From contig OY761158.1 of NCBI GenBank assembly GCA_963664405.1, forward strand, positions 3,648,001 through 3,712,000: a stretch of 64,000 bases of DNA. Reading direction: 5' to 3'. The stretch is from Thermoanaerobaculia bacterium (GTDB taxonomy: Bacteria > Acidobacteriota > Thermoanaerobaculia > Multivoradales > Multivoraceae). Every line of letters starts with the position of its first letter. Position 1 is the first letter of the stretch. The translations under genes were made by a program, and so were the position numbers. Shown one piece after another: positions 55,633-64,000 of this stretch. The notes under the pieces are model-generated. The model made no database searches. It was not told the DNA's origin and was given only the letters and a program-made list of their open reading frames with translations.

Positions 55633-56100
55633 ATGGGCCGTGAGCTGGTTATTATCTGGGCGGGTCGGCATCGCAGGGATCGATTTGGCGAGTCGATCAA
55701 GGACTATCAGCGGAGAATCCGAGGCCACGTGCCGATCACTGATCGATGGATCAAGTCTCGCAGGTCCGGCGACGATGAACGGAGAAAGAAAGACGAGGGA
55801 GAAGCGCTCCTTGCGGCCTTGCCTGCTACGAGCTGGGTGGTGGCTATGGACGGAGGCGGGCGCGCGCTCACTTCGAGAGGCTTCTCCGATCACCTCGAGA
55901 GCCTCCAGGAGCGGTGGCCCCATGCCGTGGTATTCGCTCTCGGTTCGGACCTTGGATTGGATCCGTTGGTGTTGGAGCGTGCGAACGAGGTACTTTCTCT
56001 CGGCCCGATGACATTGGCTCACGAGTTGGCACGGTTGGTTCTGTACGAGCAGATTTATCGGGCAATGGCAATTAGGAGCAGCATCAACTACCACCGCTAG
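55633..56100 (+). CDS. rlmH: 23S rRNA (pseudouridine1915-N3)-methyltransferase
   Basis: F.LG...G, LSLGPMTLAHELARLVLYEQIYRA...YHR. Confidence 0.93.
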   Translation: MGRELVIIWAGRHRRDRFGESIKDYQRRIRGHVPITDRWIKSRRSGDDERRKKDEGEALLAALPATSWVVAMDGGGRALTSRGFSDHLESLQERWPHAVVFALGSDLGLDPLVLERANEVLSLGPMTLAHELARLVLYEQIYRAMAIRSSINYHR

Positions 56101-56131
56101 TCGCGGTGGTTCAAACGCGGGGAAAAGCGCG

Positions 56132-56800
56132 ATGGCGAAGACCAAGAGGGCAGCTACGAAATCGCGGGGCAAGGTCGCGGAAAAGGGCAGAGCGGGCGCC
56201 GCGAAGAAGGCCACGGCCAAGAAGGCCACGGCCAAGAAGACAGCATCGAAGAGGGCGGCATCGAAGAAGGCAGCGCCGAAGAAGGCAGCGCCAAAGAAGG
56301 CAGCGCCAAAGAAAACGGCCTCTAATAGAGTGGTTGTGAAGAAGGTCAGTGGAAAGCCGGCTGCGAAGAAGGCTTCGGCTCGCAAGACGGCTCGCAAGAC
56401 GGCTCGCAAGACGTCCAAGAAGGCGACAGGCCAGGGCGGCAGAAAGCCGTCGGGGCTCGCGAAAGTTCTCGAGGCGAAGCTTAGTGAGCAGCGTGACGAG
56501 ATTTTGAACCTCTACCGGCGCGATTTGGGTCTCGGCGTCGAGGTCAATCACGAGGGCGACGACGAGATTGATCGGGCTAACTTCGACTCCAATCGAGATC
56601 TTGCCCTTGCGCTTTCCAGCGGTGAGCGCGAGACGTTGTTGCAGATCGAGGAGGCGTTGACGAGAATCGAGCACGATATCTACGGCGAGTGTGTTTTCTG
56701 CACCAAGCCCGTAGGGGATGAGCGGCTACGCGTCATACCGTGGGCTCGCCACTGTGTCTCGTGCCAGGAGCTTGAGGAGAAGGGTCTCTTAGAGCAATGA
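56132..56800 (+). CDS. DksA/TraR C4 zinc-finger protein with Lys/Ala-rich histone-like N-terminus
   Basis: About 100 aa of KKAAP/KKATA/ARKT repeats, DEIDRA, ALTRI...YGECVFC...RL..IPWA.HCVSC. Confidence 0.88.
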   Translation: MAKTKRAATKSRGKVAEKGRAGAAKKATAKKATAKKTASKRAASKKAAPKKAAPKKAAPKKTASNRVVVKKVSGKPAAKKASARKTARKTARKTSKKATGQGGRKPSGLAKVLEAKLSEQRDEILNLYRRDLGLGVEVNHEGDDEIDRANFDSNRDLALALSSGERETLLQIEEALTRIEHDIYGECVFCTKPVGDERLRVIPWARHCVSCQELEEKGLLEQ

Positions 56801-58248
56801 CGCAGGCCTCTACCGAGAGCGATCTAGTCGGACGCGTCCGGGAAGGCGAGGCCCGCCACCTTTACTTGATCTCCGGAGAGCCGGTGCTGTCGGAGGCGGC
56901 GGGCCGGCGTCTCGGAGAGGCGCTGGCGGCTGCCGCAAGAGCGGAGCTGCATGTGCATCGGCGGCCAACCGATTTGGTGGAGATCTTGAGCGATCTGCGC
57001 ACCTTCTCGATGTTCGAATCCGCCAAGGTCACGCTGGTCGTCGAGAGCGGAGTCCTTTCGGATCAGAAAGCGGCCGCCTACCTTCTTGATCAGGCGGCCG
57101 AGGGATTGCCGATCGAGCCGGATGAGCCTCTCGTAGGTGGCTCGCGCCAGGCGGCCGGTCGCCTTTTGCAGGTTTGTAGGCTGTTCCATCTCGATCCCGC
57201 TGGTAAGCCGCCGCCACTCGTTCTCGAGGATCTACCCGCTTGGGTATTCGAAGGCGGTGCGGCGCCGGGTGCCAAAGGTCGCCGAAAGCGGCGAACGAAG
57301 TCCGCGGCGAACGAGCTCAAGGATCAGCTGGCGACGCTGCTGACCGCGGCAGGGGAGCAGGGCCTGGAAGGGTGGGCTGAGAGCGACGCTACGGATCTCG
57401 CCGTCGTCGCGGAGGAGGGCTTGCCGGCTGGGCATGCCTTGGTTCTCTGCGAGGCTGCGGCATCGCCTAGCCACCCTGTAGTGGAGCGCCTACAGCGAGA
57501 CGGTGCTTATCTCGAGTTGGCGCACCTGGAGGCCGACAGGCGCGGTAGATGGCAGGGGCTCCGGCAGATTGCCGAAGAGATGGAGCGAGCTACTTCGTGC
57601 AGGATCGCGCAGGACGCGCTCAACGAGTTGGCGCGGCGCACTCTGCGACATCGATCGCGGCGGGGCGCCGAGGGTATCGACCCGGACTCGAGTGCTCGCT
57701 TCGCTGCCGAGTATCGCAAGCTGGCTTCGATCACTGAGGGGCGAACGATCGAGGTCGATCTGGTGCGGACAGAAGTAGAGGATCGAGGCGAGGAGGACAT
57801 ATGGGCGCTCCTCGACGCGATCGGTGCGGGTCGCAGCGGAGAGGCCCTAGATCGCCTCCGCCGCCTTCAGGCGTCGGCCGATGACCCAGTCGCTACCCGT
57901 CTCGCGTTCTTCACTCAGTTGGCGCTGTTCTGTCGCACCCTGGTTGCCGTCTCCGGCATGATGGAAGTGACGGGCGTACCCGCCGGGGAGCGTAGTTACA
58001 ATCGCTTCAAGGACCGCTATGCCTCGAAGTTACAAGGGGCCTTGCCGGGGAGCGAGTTTGAGCCGATCGGGGCGCTTCACCCGTTCCGTCTGCATCGGGC
58101 CTACTTGTCGGCCGGCAGAATGTCTCGTCAAGCTCTGGCTGGGCTCCCGGCCTTGGTGCTCGATACCGAAATGAGATTGAAAGGGGAGAGCACCGACCCC
58201 GAGGCCGCCCTGAGCGGCTTCGTCGCCTGGCTCGCCAAGGGTGCCTGA
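56797..58248 (+). CDS. DNA polymerase III delta (HolA)-like protein
   Basis: LYLISGE, L.T.SMF...KV.LV, E..KL, IWALLDAI, LD.E.RLKG resemble HolA; unusually long. Confidence 0.55.
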   Translation: MTQASTESDLVGRVREGEARHLYLISGEPVLSEAAGRRLGEALAAAARAELHVHRRPTDLVEILSDLRTFSMFESAKVTLVVESGVLSDQKAAAYLLDQAAEGLPIEPDEPLVGGSRQAAGRLLQVCRLFHLDPAGKPPPLVLEDLPAWVFEGGAAPGAKGRRKRRTKSAANELKDQLATLLTAAGEQGLEGWAESDATDLAVVAEEGLPAGHALVLCEAAASPSHPVVERLQRDGAYLELAHLEADRRGRWQGLRQIAEEMERATSCRIAQDALNELARRTLRHRSRRGAEGIDPDSSARFAAEYRKLASITEGRTIEVDLVRTEVEDRGEEDIWALLDAIGAGRSGEALDRLRRLQASADDPVATRLAFFTQLALFCRTLVAVSGMMEVTGVPAGERSYNRFKDRYASKLQGALPGSEFEPIGALHPFRLHRAYLSAGRMSRQALAGLPALVLDTEMRLKGESTDPEAALSGFVAWLAKGA

Positions 58249-59065
58249 GCTTCCCGAAGTCGAGGTGCTGGCTCGCTCGCTGGCGCCTCACCTCATAGGG
58301 GACTCTATTGACCTCATCGAGGTATACAACCCGGCTCTTCGTGAGCAGGTGGATACGGCAAACCTAAAGCGCTGCGTTGAAGGTCGTCGGGTTCTCACCG
58401 TCGAGCGGCGTGCGAAGTACCTGCTGGTCGGCGTCCAGGGCGACCAGACTCTGGTGGTACACCTGGGCATGAGCGGCCGCCTCACTCTGGCTGCCGCGGG
58501 CACGGCAAGGGAGCCCCATGAGCACGCAGCCTTCTATTTGTCCTCGGGACGAAAGTTGCGTTTTCGCGATCCGCGGCGCTTCGGCCTGCTGCTCGGTCTG
58601 CCTACCGGGAGTCTTCCCCTCGATCGGCACTTTTGCCACCTAGGGCAAGAGCCTGTCGACGAGTCCTTCTCCGCGGTTACGTTGGTAGATGCGGCACGGG
58701 GCCGCAGAGTAGCCGTGAAGTCCTTCCTGATGGACGCCAAGGTGGTGGTCGGCGTAGGCAACATTTACGCCTGCGAGACTCTATTCCGAGCCGGCGTTCA
58801 TCCTTTACGCTCGGTGGCGAGAATCTCGCTGAAGCGATGGGAGAGGATCGCGGGATCTCTGGTAGAGGTGATCCGGGCTGCGATCGACGAGGGTGGAACG
58901 ACTCTGAACGACTTCGTCGACGGTTCGGGGGACCCTGGCTACTTCCAGGTCTCCCTCTCGGTCTACGGTCGCGAAGGTCAGCCTTGCCCGCGGTGCGCCA
59001 CCGCGGTCAGAAGGAGAGTGCAGCAGGGGCGCAGCACTTTCTACTGCGCTCGCTGTCAGACTTGA
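58241..59065 (+). CDS. mutM: Formamidopyrimidine-DNA glycosylase
   Basis: MPELPEVE, RRAKYL, HLGMSG, DPRRFG, GVGNIYA.E, CPRC..CARCQ. Confidence 0.96.
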   Translation: MPELPEVEVLARSLAPHLIGDSIDLIEVYNPALREQVDTANLKRCVEGRRVLTVERRAKYLLVGVQGDQTLVVHLGMSGRLTLAAAGTAREPHEHAAFYLSSGRKLRFRDPRRFGLLLGLPTGSLPLDRHFCHLGQEPVDESFSAVTLVDAARGRRVAVKSFLMDAKVVVGVGNIYACETLFRAGVHPLRSVARISLKRWERIAGSLVEVIRAAIDEGGTTLNDFVDGSGDPGYFQVSLSVYGREGQPCPRCATAVRRRVQQGRSTFYCARCQT

Positions 59066-59074
59066 GGAGCTCTA

Positions 59075-59332
59075 TCAGGAGCCGCCGCCACGCGGCTGTC
59101 TCGGCCGGGCTTCGTTGACGGTCAGATCGCGGCCTCCGAAGGAGGAGGCATTCAGAGCGGAGATCGCGCTCTCCCCACCGTCGCCCATCTCGACAAAACC
59201 GAAGCCCCTGAGCCGTCCGGTCTCTCGGTCGGTGATCAAGCTCACCGATTCCACTTGACCGTAATCGGCGAACAAAGCTCGCACCTCGTCTTCGGTGGCG
59301 GTGAAAGGTAGGTTGCCGACGTAGATTCTCAT
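59075..59332 (-). CDS. RRM (RNP) RNA-binding protein
   Basis: IYVGNL (RNP2), RGFGFVEM (RNP1), VNEARPR. Confidence 0.93.
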   Translation of the reverse strand: MRIYVGNLPFTATEDEVRALFADYGQVESVSLITDRETGRLRGFGFVEMGDGGESAISALNASSFGGRDLTVNEARPRQPRGGGS

Positions 59333-59391
59333 TGGGTCTCCTTTCTTCCGCTGGGCGCTGCGCTCATTGTCTCAGCCGGCGCCTGTTTCAG

Positions 59392-59482
59392 CTAGCCCCG
59401 GAAAACGGGCCTGCGGCCCGTTCTCCGGCCCATCCCCCCCTAAGAACTACTCGCCTGTCCGAATTCTCGGACACGCTCCTAG
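59392..59482 (+). repeat. Repeat family B, intact copy (91 bp)
   Basis: CTAGCCCCGGAAAACG...TGTCCGAATTCTCGGACACGCTCCTAG. Confidence 0.92.
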
Positions 59483-59577
59483 CCTCCAGAAAGGGTCGCT
59501 ATCTTCTCGTCCGGGTGGGTAATATGACGCCGCGGACGGAGTGACCCTCTCGTGGGCATGAGATCCAGCAGGCTAAC

Positions 59578-60600
59578 ATGGCGTTGCGCGAGCCTCAACA
59601 TCGAGCCGACGACTCTCGTCTTCCCCGAGCTTCGCGATGGCGCTCATGGATGGTTCAGCTGGGGGTGGTTGCCGGTTGCGCGGTGCTCCTGTATCTGGCA
59701 CTGGCCTTTTGGACCGACTTCGAGCGCGTCGGGCAGTCTCTGCGAAGTTTCCCTCCGAGGGCCGTTCTGCCGGTCTTGGCCCTGGTCATCGTGGGGTTGT
59801 TCTTGCGCGGCTTGCGCTGGCTCTACTACACTCGCCTGCTTCGCCTCGATTTGCCGTCAGGTCCCAGCTTCCTCGCCTTTCTCGCCAGCTTCGCCTTCAC
59901 CGCGACCCCCGGCAAAGTAGGAGAGGTCGTAAAGTCGCTGTTACTGCGCCGGCGTTTCGGCTCCCGTGTCTCCAAGACCGCTGGAGTCTTGGTTGTCGAG
60001 CGTGTGACCGATCTACTCGCGGTGCTCCTGCTTGCCTGCTTAGGCCTCAGCACCGTAGCCGGTCGAGGCTGGGTCATAGCGGCCAGCTCTTTGCTCCTGG
60101 TGGGGGCGATGGCCTTTCTGCTCAGTGAGCGTATTCATGCGCCTGCTCTTGCCGCGCTAACTCGGCTGCCAGGCCTGGGGCGCTTCGCTGTCTCGCTGCC
60201 GGAGCTCGTCGGCAGCAGTCGGCAATTGCTCGGTCCAGCGGGTCTCGGGGTGGGGTTGGGCCTGGCGGTGCTTGCCTGGTCCTGCGAGGCTGTGGCTTTG
60301 TGGATCGTGCTGTCCGCTCTTGGGGCGGAGGTTGCTTGGACCGGGGCCTTTCTAGCCTTCGGCCTCTCGACACTCCTCGGTGTCCTGTCGATGTTGCCTG
60401 GAGGGATTGGTGGTTTCGAAGCGAGTATGGTCTTCATATTCCAGCAGCTGGCCGTCGCATCGACGACCGCGGTCGCCGCCACTCTAATTTTCCGCCTGGC
60501 AACCCTCTGGGGAATGAGCCTTCTGGGCCTCTTCTTTCTTGGCGTCTGGATGGCGATCTTCGGTCTCGGCGAGGAGGGAGAAGTAAGCAGTAAGCAGTAA
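59578..60600 (+). CDS. Lysylphosphatidylglycerol-synthase TM / flippase-like membrane protein (UPF0104)
   Basis: LRW, TPGKVGE, ERVTD, PGGIG.FE, FRL motifs. Confidence 0.85.
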   Translation: MALREPQHRADDSRLPRASRWRSWMVQLGVVAGCAVLLYLALAFWTDFERVGQSLRSFPPRAVLPVLALVIVGLFLRGLRWLYYTRLLRLDLPSGPSFLAFLASFAFTATPGKVGEVVKSLLLRRRFGSRVSKTAGVLVVERVTDLLAVLLLACLGLSTVAGRGWVIAASSLLLVGAMAFLLSERIHAPALAALTRLPGLGRFAVSLPELVGSSRQLLGPAGLGVGLGLAVLAWSCEAVALWIVLSALGAEVAWTGAFLAFGLSTLLGVLSMLPGGIGGFEASMVFIFQQLAVASTTAVAATLIFRLATLWGMSLLGLFFLGVWMAIFGLGEEGEVSSKQ

Positions 60601-60744
60601 AGGCAAGGAATGGAGTTGACCTTGGAGCTACCCTTGTCTTTACTGAATGCTGATGGCTTCCTACTTCTCCTCTCCTCCCTGCCTTGACTGCTACTTCCCC
60701 TTCGGCGCTGGGGGGCTGTCCTGACTGGCGAGGGCCAGATGCGA

Positions 60745-62523
60745 CTAGATAGAGAAAGGCCAGAGGACAGGGATCAACAGGGTGGAGATGATCCAGAAGC
60801 CGATCTTGAGCGGCGCTCCCGCCCACACGTAGTCGAGGAATCGATAGCCACCGGGGCCGAAGACCATGGCGTTGGTCTGGTAGCCCATCGGGGTGAGGAA
60901 GCTCGAGGAGGCGGCGAAGGCCACAGCGAAGAGGAAGGGCTTCGCATCGAGGCCCAGGGTGGCTGCGACGGTGATGGCGATGGGTGCCATCACGACCGCC
61001 GTCGAGTTGTTCGAGGCGATCTCGCTGAGCAACGCAGTCGCGATGTAGATGACCGCCAACACGGTGTAGGGCCCGAGCTCGGTACCTAGTCCAGCGATGG
61101 CGGATCCCAGGCGTTCGGTGAGGCCGGTGTTCTCCATTGCCGAGCCCAGGGGCAGGATCGAAGCGAGGAGGAAGATGACCGTCCAGTTTATGGCCTTGTA
61201 AGCCTCTTGGATGGTGAGGCTGCGAGTGACGATCATTGCGACCGCGCCGAGAAGCGATGCTTTGAGGAGGGGCATCGCCCCGGTCGCACTCAGGATGACG
61301 ACGGCGGGAATGATCGTGACCGGTAGCCACCACAACTTCGGCAGGCGAAGCTTGAGCTCGAGCTCTTGCAAAGGGATGAAGTCTTCGTTCTGCGAGATCG
61401 CTTCAATGCGGGTACGGGGGCCGAAGACCAGTAGGCAATCCCACTGCTTGAGGGGGATCGAGGCGAGTCGCTCGCGGATCACATCGCCGGTGCGGTTCAA
61501 GGCAAGCACGAAGCAGCCATGGATACGTCGGAAGTCGACCTCTTTGAGGTTACGACCGATCAGGCTCGAGCTCGGGGCGAGTTGGAGCTCGAAGAGGATG
61601 TTGCTTTCATCCGCGAGGTCGTCGTCGTGGAGCTTGACGTCGGTGAGCAGCTCTAGATCGTAGTGGTCGCGGAAACTGACGATGTCCTCCATCGACCCGC
61701 GCACGATGATCTCGTCCAAAGCCTCCAGTTTTGTATTGCGCAGATCTACCGAGAAGCGCTCGCCGTCGCGAAGCACTTCGAGCACGTTGAGATCGAAGCG
61801 CTCGCTGATCTGCTCGTCGACTACGGTGCGGCCGACCAGCCCTCCTCCTTTCGGGATCCGCAGCTCAGTGAGGTAGGCACCCATCTGGTACTTACGGGTC
61901 AGACTGGAGATGATGCTGCGAGAGGGGAGTAGGCGAAGCGGAACGAGCAGAACGTAGATCAGCCCGCCACCGAAGAGTATGAGCCCCAGCGATGCGAACT
62001 CGAAAACCGAGAAGGCGCCGACCCCGGACTGCTCCGAGATCGAGCTTACGATCAGATTCGTCGAGGTGCCTATGAGAGTGCAGGTCCCTCCCATGATGCT
62101 GACGTAGGAGAGCGGCAAGAGGATCTTCGAGGGACTGAAACGATAGTGCTTCGCCAGCTGGATGCCGACCGGCATGAAGATGGCAACTGCCGCCGTGTTG
62201 TTGATGAAAGCGGAGAGCACGCCCGAGGTCAGAAGCAGAAGCGTGCTTCCTCGCCAGTGAGTGGGTCCCGAAATGCGCGAAATGCGGTGCGCGAACTGGT
62301 TGATCAAGCCGGTGCTAGTGAGCCCATAACTGAGGATGAACATCATCATGACCGTGATTACGGCAGGGTTGCTGAAGCCGGCGATGGCTTCCTCGGGGGT
62401 GATCAACCCGCAGACCAGGAGTGCGCCTAGGCAGGTGAAGGCGGTGGCGTCGATCGGCATCCACTCGAATGCGAAGCCCGCAAAGGTGAGGGCGATGATG
62501 CCGATCAGAAGAATCTGGTCCAT
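60745..62523 (-). CDS. SLC13/DASS permease with TrkA-C domains
   Basis: GFSNPAV, SAFINNT, GGTCTLIGTSTNL, two TrkA-C repeats, SNNS, TPMGYQTN; start placed at ATG 62523. Confidence 0.9.
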   Translation of the reverse strand: MDQILLIGIIALTFAGFAFEWMPIDATAFTCLGALLVCGLITPEEAIAGFSNPAVITVMMMFILSYGLTSTGLINQFAHRISRISGPTHWRGSTLLLLTSGVLSAFINNTAAVAIFMPVGIQLAKHYRFSPSKILLPLSYVSIMGGTCTLIGTSTNLIVSSISEQSGVGAFSVFEFASLGLILFGGGLIYVLLVPLRLLPSRSIISSLTRKYQMGAYLTELRIPKGGGLVGRTVVDEQISERFDLNVLEVLRDGERFSVDLRNTKLEALDEIIVRGSMEDIVSFRDHYDLELLTDVKLHDDDLADESNILFELQLAPSSSLIGRNLKEVDFRRIHGCFVLALNRTGDVIRERLASIPLKQWDCLLVFGPRTRIEAISQNEDFIPLQELELKLRLPKLWWLPVTIIPAVVILSATGAMPLLKASLLGAVAMIVTRSLTIQEAYKAINWTVIFLLASILPLGSAMENTGLTERLGSAIAGLGTELGPYTVLAVIYIATALLSEIASNNSTAVVMAPIAITVAATLGLDAKPFLFAVAFAASSSFLTPMGYQTNAMVFGPGGYRFLDYVWAGAPLKIGFWIISTLLIPVLWPFSI

Positions 62524-62586
62524 ATCCTGAGCCGCTTTCCGGGGGGTAGTAGGAGTAAGGAGGCGGTTCGAGATAGATTCTATCTG

Positions 62587-62970
62587 GTGAGATACGAGCT
62601 CAGGGTTCGCGCGCGATTCGAGGCGGCCCACCATTTGACCGCTTATCGAGGTTCTCCTGAGCCGGTACACGGGCACAGTTGGGTGGTGGAGGCGTGCGTG
62701 TCTTCTAGGTCACTCAACGAAGAGGGCTATGCGGTGGACTTTCTCGACATCAAGACCGCTCTCGACGATCTTGCTGCGCGCTTCCACCACAACGACATCA
62801 ACAGCGTTGCCCCCTTCGATTCCCGAAGCCCGACGACGGAGCACTTGGCGCAGTGGTTCTGGGAGCGGCTGGATGAGCGGCTTCCTGAGGTGACGGTCGC
62901 CTCGGTCGAGGTCCACGAGGGCCCCGACTTCTCTGCGACTTACTTCCCTCCTAGCGGCGGCGCGGAATAA
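62587..62970 (+). CDS. 6-pyruvoyltetrahydropterin synthase / QueD family (PTPS-III-type motif)
   Basis: FEAAH.L, EPVHGH, DF..IK, PTTE.LA, V.V.E. Confidence 0.85.
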   Translation: MRYELRVRARFEAAHHLTAYRGSPEPVHGHSWVVEACVSSRSLNEEGYAVDFLDIKTALDDLAARFHHNDINSVAPFDSRSPTTEHLAQWFWERLDERLPEVTVASVEVHEGPDFSATYFPPSGGAE

Positions 62971-63006
62971 GCCGCAACTGGGGCAGCGTTTTCTTTAGAT
63001 AGAGAG

Positions 63007-63867
63007 ATGTCCACCGAGGTCCAATTGTCGAGCCCCTGGCCAGCTCGCCTTGCCTGCGTGGCCTTGCCTTCGGTCGCGGTGGTCGGCAGTGTTGGAGCCT
63101 ACTTCCGGAATCGACTCCAGCACTCCCGACTTTTTGTTCCTAGCCTTTATCCACACGGCGTTTGGGACCGTGGCTCCCATGGCCTCCCGGTCGAAGACGA
63201 GTGGTTCGAGACCGAAGACAAAGTCAAGCTCCACGCTTGGTGGATCCGCAGCGAGCGAGCGAGGGGTACGGTTCTCTACTGCCATGGCAACAATGGCAAC
63301 ATCACCCACCGGATCGGTGTGTTGGAGCAGCTGTGGCGGATGCGCCTCAACGTCTTTGCGTTCGACTATCGCGGTTATGGAAGAAGCGAAGGGGAGCCCA
63401 GCGAGGAAGGTCTGTTCCGTGACGTCCGCGGCGCGTTGGATCATCTGAGTGGGAATCTGAATCAGAGCTCGGAGTCGATCTTGCTCTTTGGTCACTCTCT
63501 GGGGGGTGCGGTGGCTATCGATGGGGCACTCCATCGGCCGGTGGCGGGTCTGGTCGTGCAGTCGAGCTTCACTCACATCAGGGACATGACTAGGGCCCTC
63601 TTTCCTCGCCTTCCACTTCATTGGGTGGCTCGCAATCAGTTCAAGAGCATCGACAAAGTAGGTCGGCTGGAGATCCCGAAGCTCTTCATCCACGGTACTG
63701 ACGATCCCACCGTGCCGCACCGATTGGGTCGCCGGCTCTTCGGGGCTGCAGCCGCTCCCAAAGAGTGGTTCGAAGTGCCGAGGGCGGGGCACAACGACGT
63801 CTACCGTGCCGGCGGCGTACGTTATCTCTGGCGTCTTCATCGCTTCACGAGGCGATGTTTAGCCTAG
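63007..63867 (+). CDS. Alpha/beta hydrolase (ABHD17/BEM46-like)
   Basis: HGNNGN, DYRGYG.SEG.PSE.G, GHSLGG, HGTDD, GHND. Confidence 0.9.
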   Translation: MSTEVQLSSPWPARLACVALPSVAVVGSVGAYFRNRLQHSRLFVPSLYPHGVWDRGSHGLPVEDEWFETEDKVKLHAWWIRSERARGTVLYCHGNNGNITHRIGVLEQLWRMRLNVFAFDYRGYGRSEGEPSEEGLFRDVRGALDHLSGNLNQSSESILLFGHSLGGAVAIDGALHRPVAGLVVQSSFTHIRDMTRALFPRLPLHWVARNQFKSIDKVGRLEIPKLFIHGTDDPTVPHRLGRRLFGAAAAPKEWFEVPRAGHNDVYRAGGVRYLWRLHRFTRRCLA

Positions 63868-63916
63868 CCCCTTCGGCCCGTTCTCTGGTCCATCCCCACC
63901 TGAAAGCTACTCGCAC
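63864..63916 (+). repeat. Degenerate/partial repeat B copy lacking the IS target hairpin
   Basis: CTAGCCCCTTCGGCCCGTTCTCTGGTCCATCCCCACCTGAAAGCTACTCGC; CTAG supplies the stop of the upstream gene. Confidence 0.65.
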
Positions 63917-64000
63917 TGCAAGATACTCGTAGCTTGCGTATCCTCCTCATCTGCGGCCGCTTTCCTTGGCCTCCTCGTCGGGGTGATCAACTGCGTTCCC

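Noticed and set aside
55414-56674. Long antisense ORFs with FFGAA-type repeats
   Set aside because: Mirror of the Lys/Ala-rich dksA-like gene and rlmH.

Overview
GC-rich bacterial chromosome segment, probably Acidobacteriota (inferred from the GWxTD/VWA protein, the heme-c/Cu-monooxygenase protein and the gene content). It holds mostly housekeeping genes: mltG, ruvX, a frameshifted lptD, sugar-nucleotide enzymes, xseAB, an argCJBDH-argR operon with ARG boxes, a cysM-JAB-cysO-moeZ sulfur relay, a moaD-moaE fusion, ppk1, tdk, rlmH, a dksA-like gene, mutM and a PTPS. A 12.7 kb respiratory cluster (Rieske, split b6-like cytochrome b, octaheme cytochrome c, cupredoxin lipoprotein, heme-copper oxidase) sits behind a perfect Rex operator, and its oxidase subunit I appears to lack the K-channel lysine. 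The most striking non-genic signal is a set of CTAG-bounded repeats: (A) six ~165-172 bp hairpin elements with different outer arms but a covarying conserved core; (B) a 91 bp two-hairpin repeat. One copy of B is split exactly by an IS110/IS1111-type element whose 3' non-coding region carries short matches to both target flanks and both IS ends, as expected of a bridge/seekRNA aimed at repeat B. No rRNA, tRNA or CRISPR array was recognised. All calls come from reading motifs by eye; no database searches were run.
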